A stretch of 63,869 nt of DNA, counting the filler, from Lenisia limosa (taxonomy: Eukaryota; Protista; Breviatea), in assembly GCA_001655205.1 (NCBI GenBank). It is 8 parts of 8 records of this genome, joined end to end, with 100 filler letters (N's around TTAATTAATTAA, not from the genome) between each part and the next. Parts side by side here need not be neighbours in the genome. Positions count along the whole stretch, not along the records: positions 62,011 to 63,869 come from LPNZ01005938.1; 7 more parts are not named here. The stretch is one strand, 5' to 3'. Below the pieces are notes generated by a model, which was not told the DNA's origin, searched no databases, and saw nothing but the letters and a program-made list of their open reading frames with translations. Positions 62,016 to 63,869 of the stretch are shown here, one piece after another. Numbering within the stretch: the first letter of the stretch is position 1; every line of letters begins with the position of its first letter. Both the position numbers and the translations under genes were made by a program.

Positions 62016-62092
62016 CAGTGACCGGGATAAGTCTTGACCGATCTGTTCTATGATTTCCCAAGGAAAATCTGTCAAGACTTATCCCGGTCATG
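62016..62092. mobile_element. Tc1/mariner-type MITE family D copy (best preserved)
   Basis: About 23-bp TIR CAGTGACCGGGATAAGTCTTGAC; TA on both sides. Confidence 0.85.
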
Positions 62093-62180
62093 TAGGGGGT
62101 GGGAAGAGAAGCATGTGGAGGTGAGGGGTACCTCGGATTTTTGTTTTCCTAATTAAAAAAAGAGTATTTACCCCAAAGAG

Positions 62181-63869
62181 GATTTTCATTTCTGTAGTGG
62201 ACGATCATCATTCCGTCGCGCAATTGATGAGCGAGTTCCTCCAAATGCTCAACTTCAATGGTACATGGGGGGGGGGGGNNNNNNNNNNNNNNNNNNNNNN
62301 NNNNNNNNNNNNNNNNNNNNNNNNNNNNNNNNNNNNNNNNNNNNNNNNNNNNNNNNNNNNNNNNNNNNNNNNNNNNNNNNNNNNNNNNNNNNNNNTCTTC
62401 GATAAACATCGATATTTTACCGGTACATACATGTATCTCTAATTATTAGGGCTCCACAATTAATTGAAAAAGGAATTTCTGAAGTCGGACATATTATAAT
62501 GAGAACCGTATTCCAGACACTTCAATTTCTAATTTTGTCAATTAATTTCCTCAAAAATTAATTACACGGAGCCCTACAATTATTTCAAATGGAACCTGGG
62601 GCCTCATTTACTCTCTCATCATCTAGAGCCCTCCCCCTCCACCCGTACCCCTGTCCACGCCGGGTTCCCCACACTCCTACACGAAACAGTCGTATTGCCA
62701 AGACGACGTTCATCAAGTTGGGGGGGGGGGGGAGGNNNNNNNNNNNNNNNNNNNNNNNNNNNNNNNNNNNNNNNNNNNNNNNNNNNNNNNNNNNNNNNNN
62801 NNNNNNNNNNNNNNNNNNNNNNNNNNNNNAGTCATATACGGCTAGGGCTTCACTTCGGTTCGAAAAAAGACTGAAAAAATAATCTCGATAAATCCTCGAA
62901 AACTATCGATATTTTACCGGTATTTTCGAACCGAAATTGAAGCTCTTGATACAAGTGTATTTTAGATTAAAATTGATCTTGTTACGTACTGCCCACAGCA
63001 TCGATGATTTGTCACCTTGTTCCTCATTATCATCAGTGTTGAATGAGGATGATTTGTAATAGTGTTACTTACTGCCTACAGCATCATTATCAGTGGCGGA
63101 AACAGCTGTTGATGTTGACCCCTCCAAACAGTCTCTTTGGATCGTATGCGGGATGCTCTTTCTGAGACCTTATTCTCAATATTTTTATGTGGAAATATGA
63201 AATAAACCGTTTTCTGATGGTTAGTTTATATTCAATAATCCAACCCGTGTCTCATGATGGTGTGGAAGGCTTCTTCCTTTTTTTGCAGTAAAGTCTCTAT
63301 TGAAACTAGGAGCATAAGGATCCGGCAGTTGAAACATCCTTTTTTTTTGACAAAAGAAATAATAATAAAAAAATACTTAGGGATACCATAAACAAATTAC
63401 CGACTCGAAACAACCAATATCAGTGCTATACAGCCATTTTGCCCCCCCCCCCTTTACCAAATAGGACGCGGGAGACAGCCAGGCCACCCTAGATGAAATC
63501 GCCTCAGCCTTCGAACAAACCATCAACAAGCCTGAGGAGCAGGAGGAAGAAGTGCTTGAGGTTGGCTCTTTATGGGCCCTCTCTTCTCCGTAAAAAAACT
63601 GGGGTGATATCGATAGTTGTAGTATTTATCGTTAAATTTGGTTATGCGGGCTGTTTTACTTTTTAGTTCCATCACATCTTATTAGGGCTTCACTTAGGTT
63701 CGAAAAAGACCGGTAAAATATCGAGAGTTTTCGAGGATATCTCGAGAAATTTAGTCTTTCTTCGACCGAAGTGAAGCCTTACATCTTATTCTCTCTCCCC
63801 CCCCCCTCCCTAGCTCCATCCCTCCCACCTCTCAATGGTTCTCTCTTTTGTTTATTAATTCAAAGATGG
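62181..63869 (+). CDS. Partial exons of unknown function, continuing past the window end
   Basis: Exons VDDHHSVAQLMSEFLQMLNFN (62181-62260) and DAGDSQATLDEIASAFEQTINKPEEQEEEVLE (63465-63560) with canonical splice sites. Confidence 0.4.
62447..62576. mobile_element. MITE family B copy
   Basis: TAGGGCTCC...CACGGAGCCCTA; similar to 35199-35321. Confidence 0.7.
62843..62947. mobile_element. hAT-type MITE family A copy
   Basis: Near-consensus left TIR and core. Confidence 0.8.
63683..63781. mobile_element. hAT-type MITE family A copy with perfect 8-bp TSD
   Basis: CATCTTAT on both sides. Confidence 0.9.

Noticed and set aside
62181-62260. Response-regulator receiver domain (VDDH...)
   Set aside because: Only the first strand and helix resemble REC. 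No phospho-acceptor D..MP or conserved Lys segment is visible in later exons, although a gap could hide it.
1612-63781. Family A repeats as a CRISPR array or tRNA-derived SINE (GGTTCGA resembles a B-box)
   Set aside because: The copies are dispersed, palindromic and flanked by 8-bp TSDs, with no regular spacers, cas genes, A-box or cloverleaf.
1-63869. Reassigned stop codons (alternative genetic code)
   Set aside because: KamA, TSR3, PANK, CCDC96 and DGK translate cleanly with the standard code once short introns are removed, and TAA, TAG and TGA all appear as terminal stops. Apparent in-frame stops resolved as introns or TE decay; the DGK TGA is kept as a local question.

Overview
Eukaryotic nuclear scaffold: AT-rich, intron-dense, with GT-AG spliceosomal introns from about 30 nt to over 3 kb, standard genetic code, and many assembly gaps including seven artificial 100-nt N-TTAATTAATTAA-N contig linkers. 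Ciliary genes (CCDC96, an AKAP28-like domain) point to a flagellated organism, probably a protist; I cannot identify it from sequence alone. Recognisable genes are a bacterial-type KamA-like radical-SAM aminomutase with a mitochondrial-type presequence, TSR3, type II pantothenate kinase, diacylglycerol kinase, the first exon of GPN3, CCDC96, a large Cys-rich multi-TM surface protein, and several partial signalling genes (Cache-like, cNMP-binding, RING-like). Introns hold at least six small repeat families: two hAT-type MITEs (8-bp TSDs clear in one), a CACTA-type MITE, a Tc1/mariner-type MITE, a Helitron-like element and an unclassified family. There is also a decayed piggyBac nested antisense in a CCDC96 intron and a decayed Gypsy-type integrase beside RanBP2 zinc-finger relics. 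The most interesting signals are (1) the organelle-targeted KamA-like enzyme, (2) a sense-strand polarity of G-runs after 5' splice sites and C-runs before 3' splice sites, and (3) a repeat family whose end docks at 3' splice sites. All exon chains were built by hand, without transcript data or database searches.
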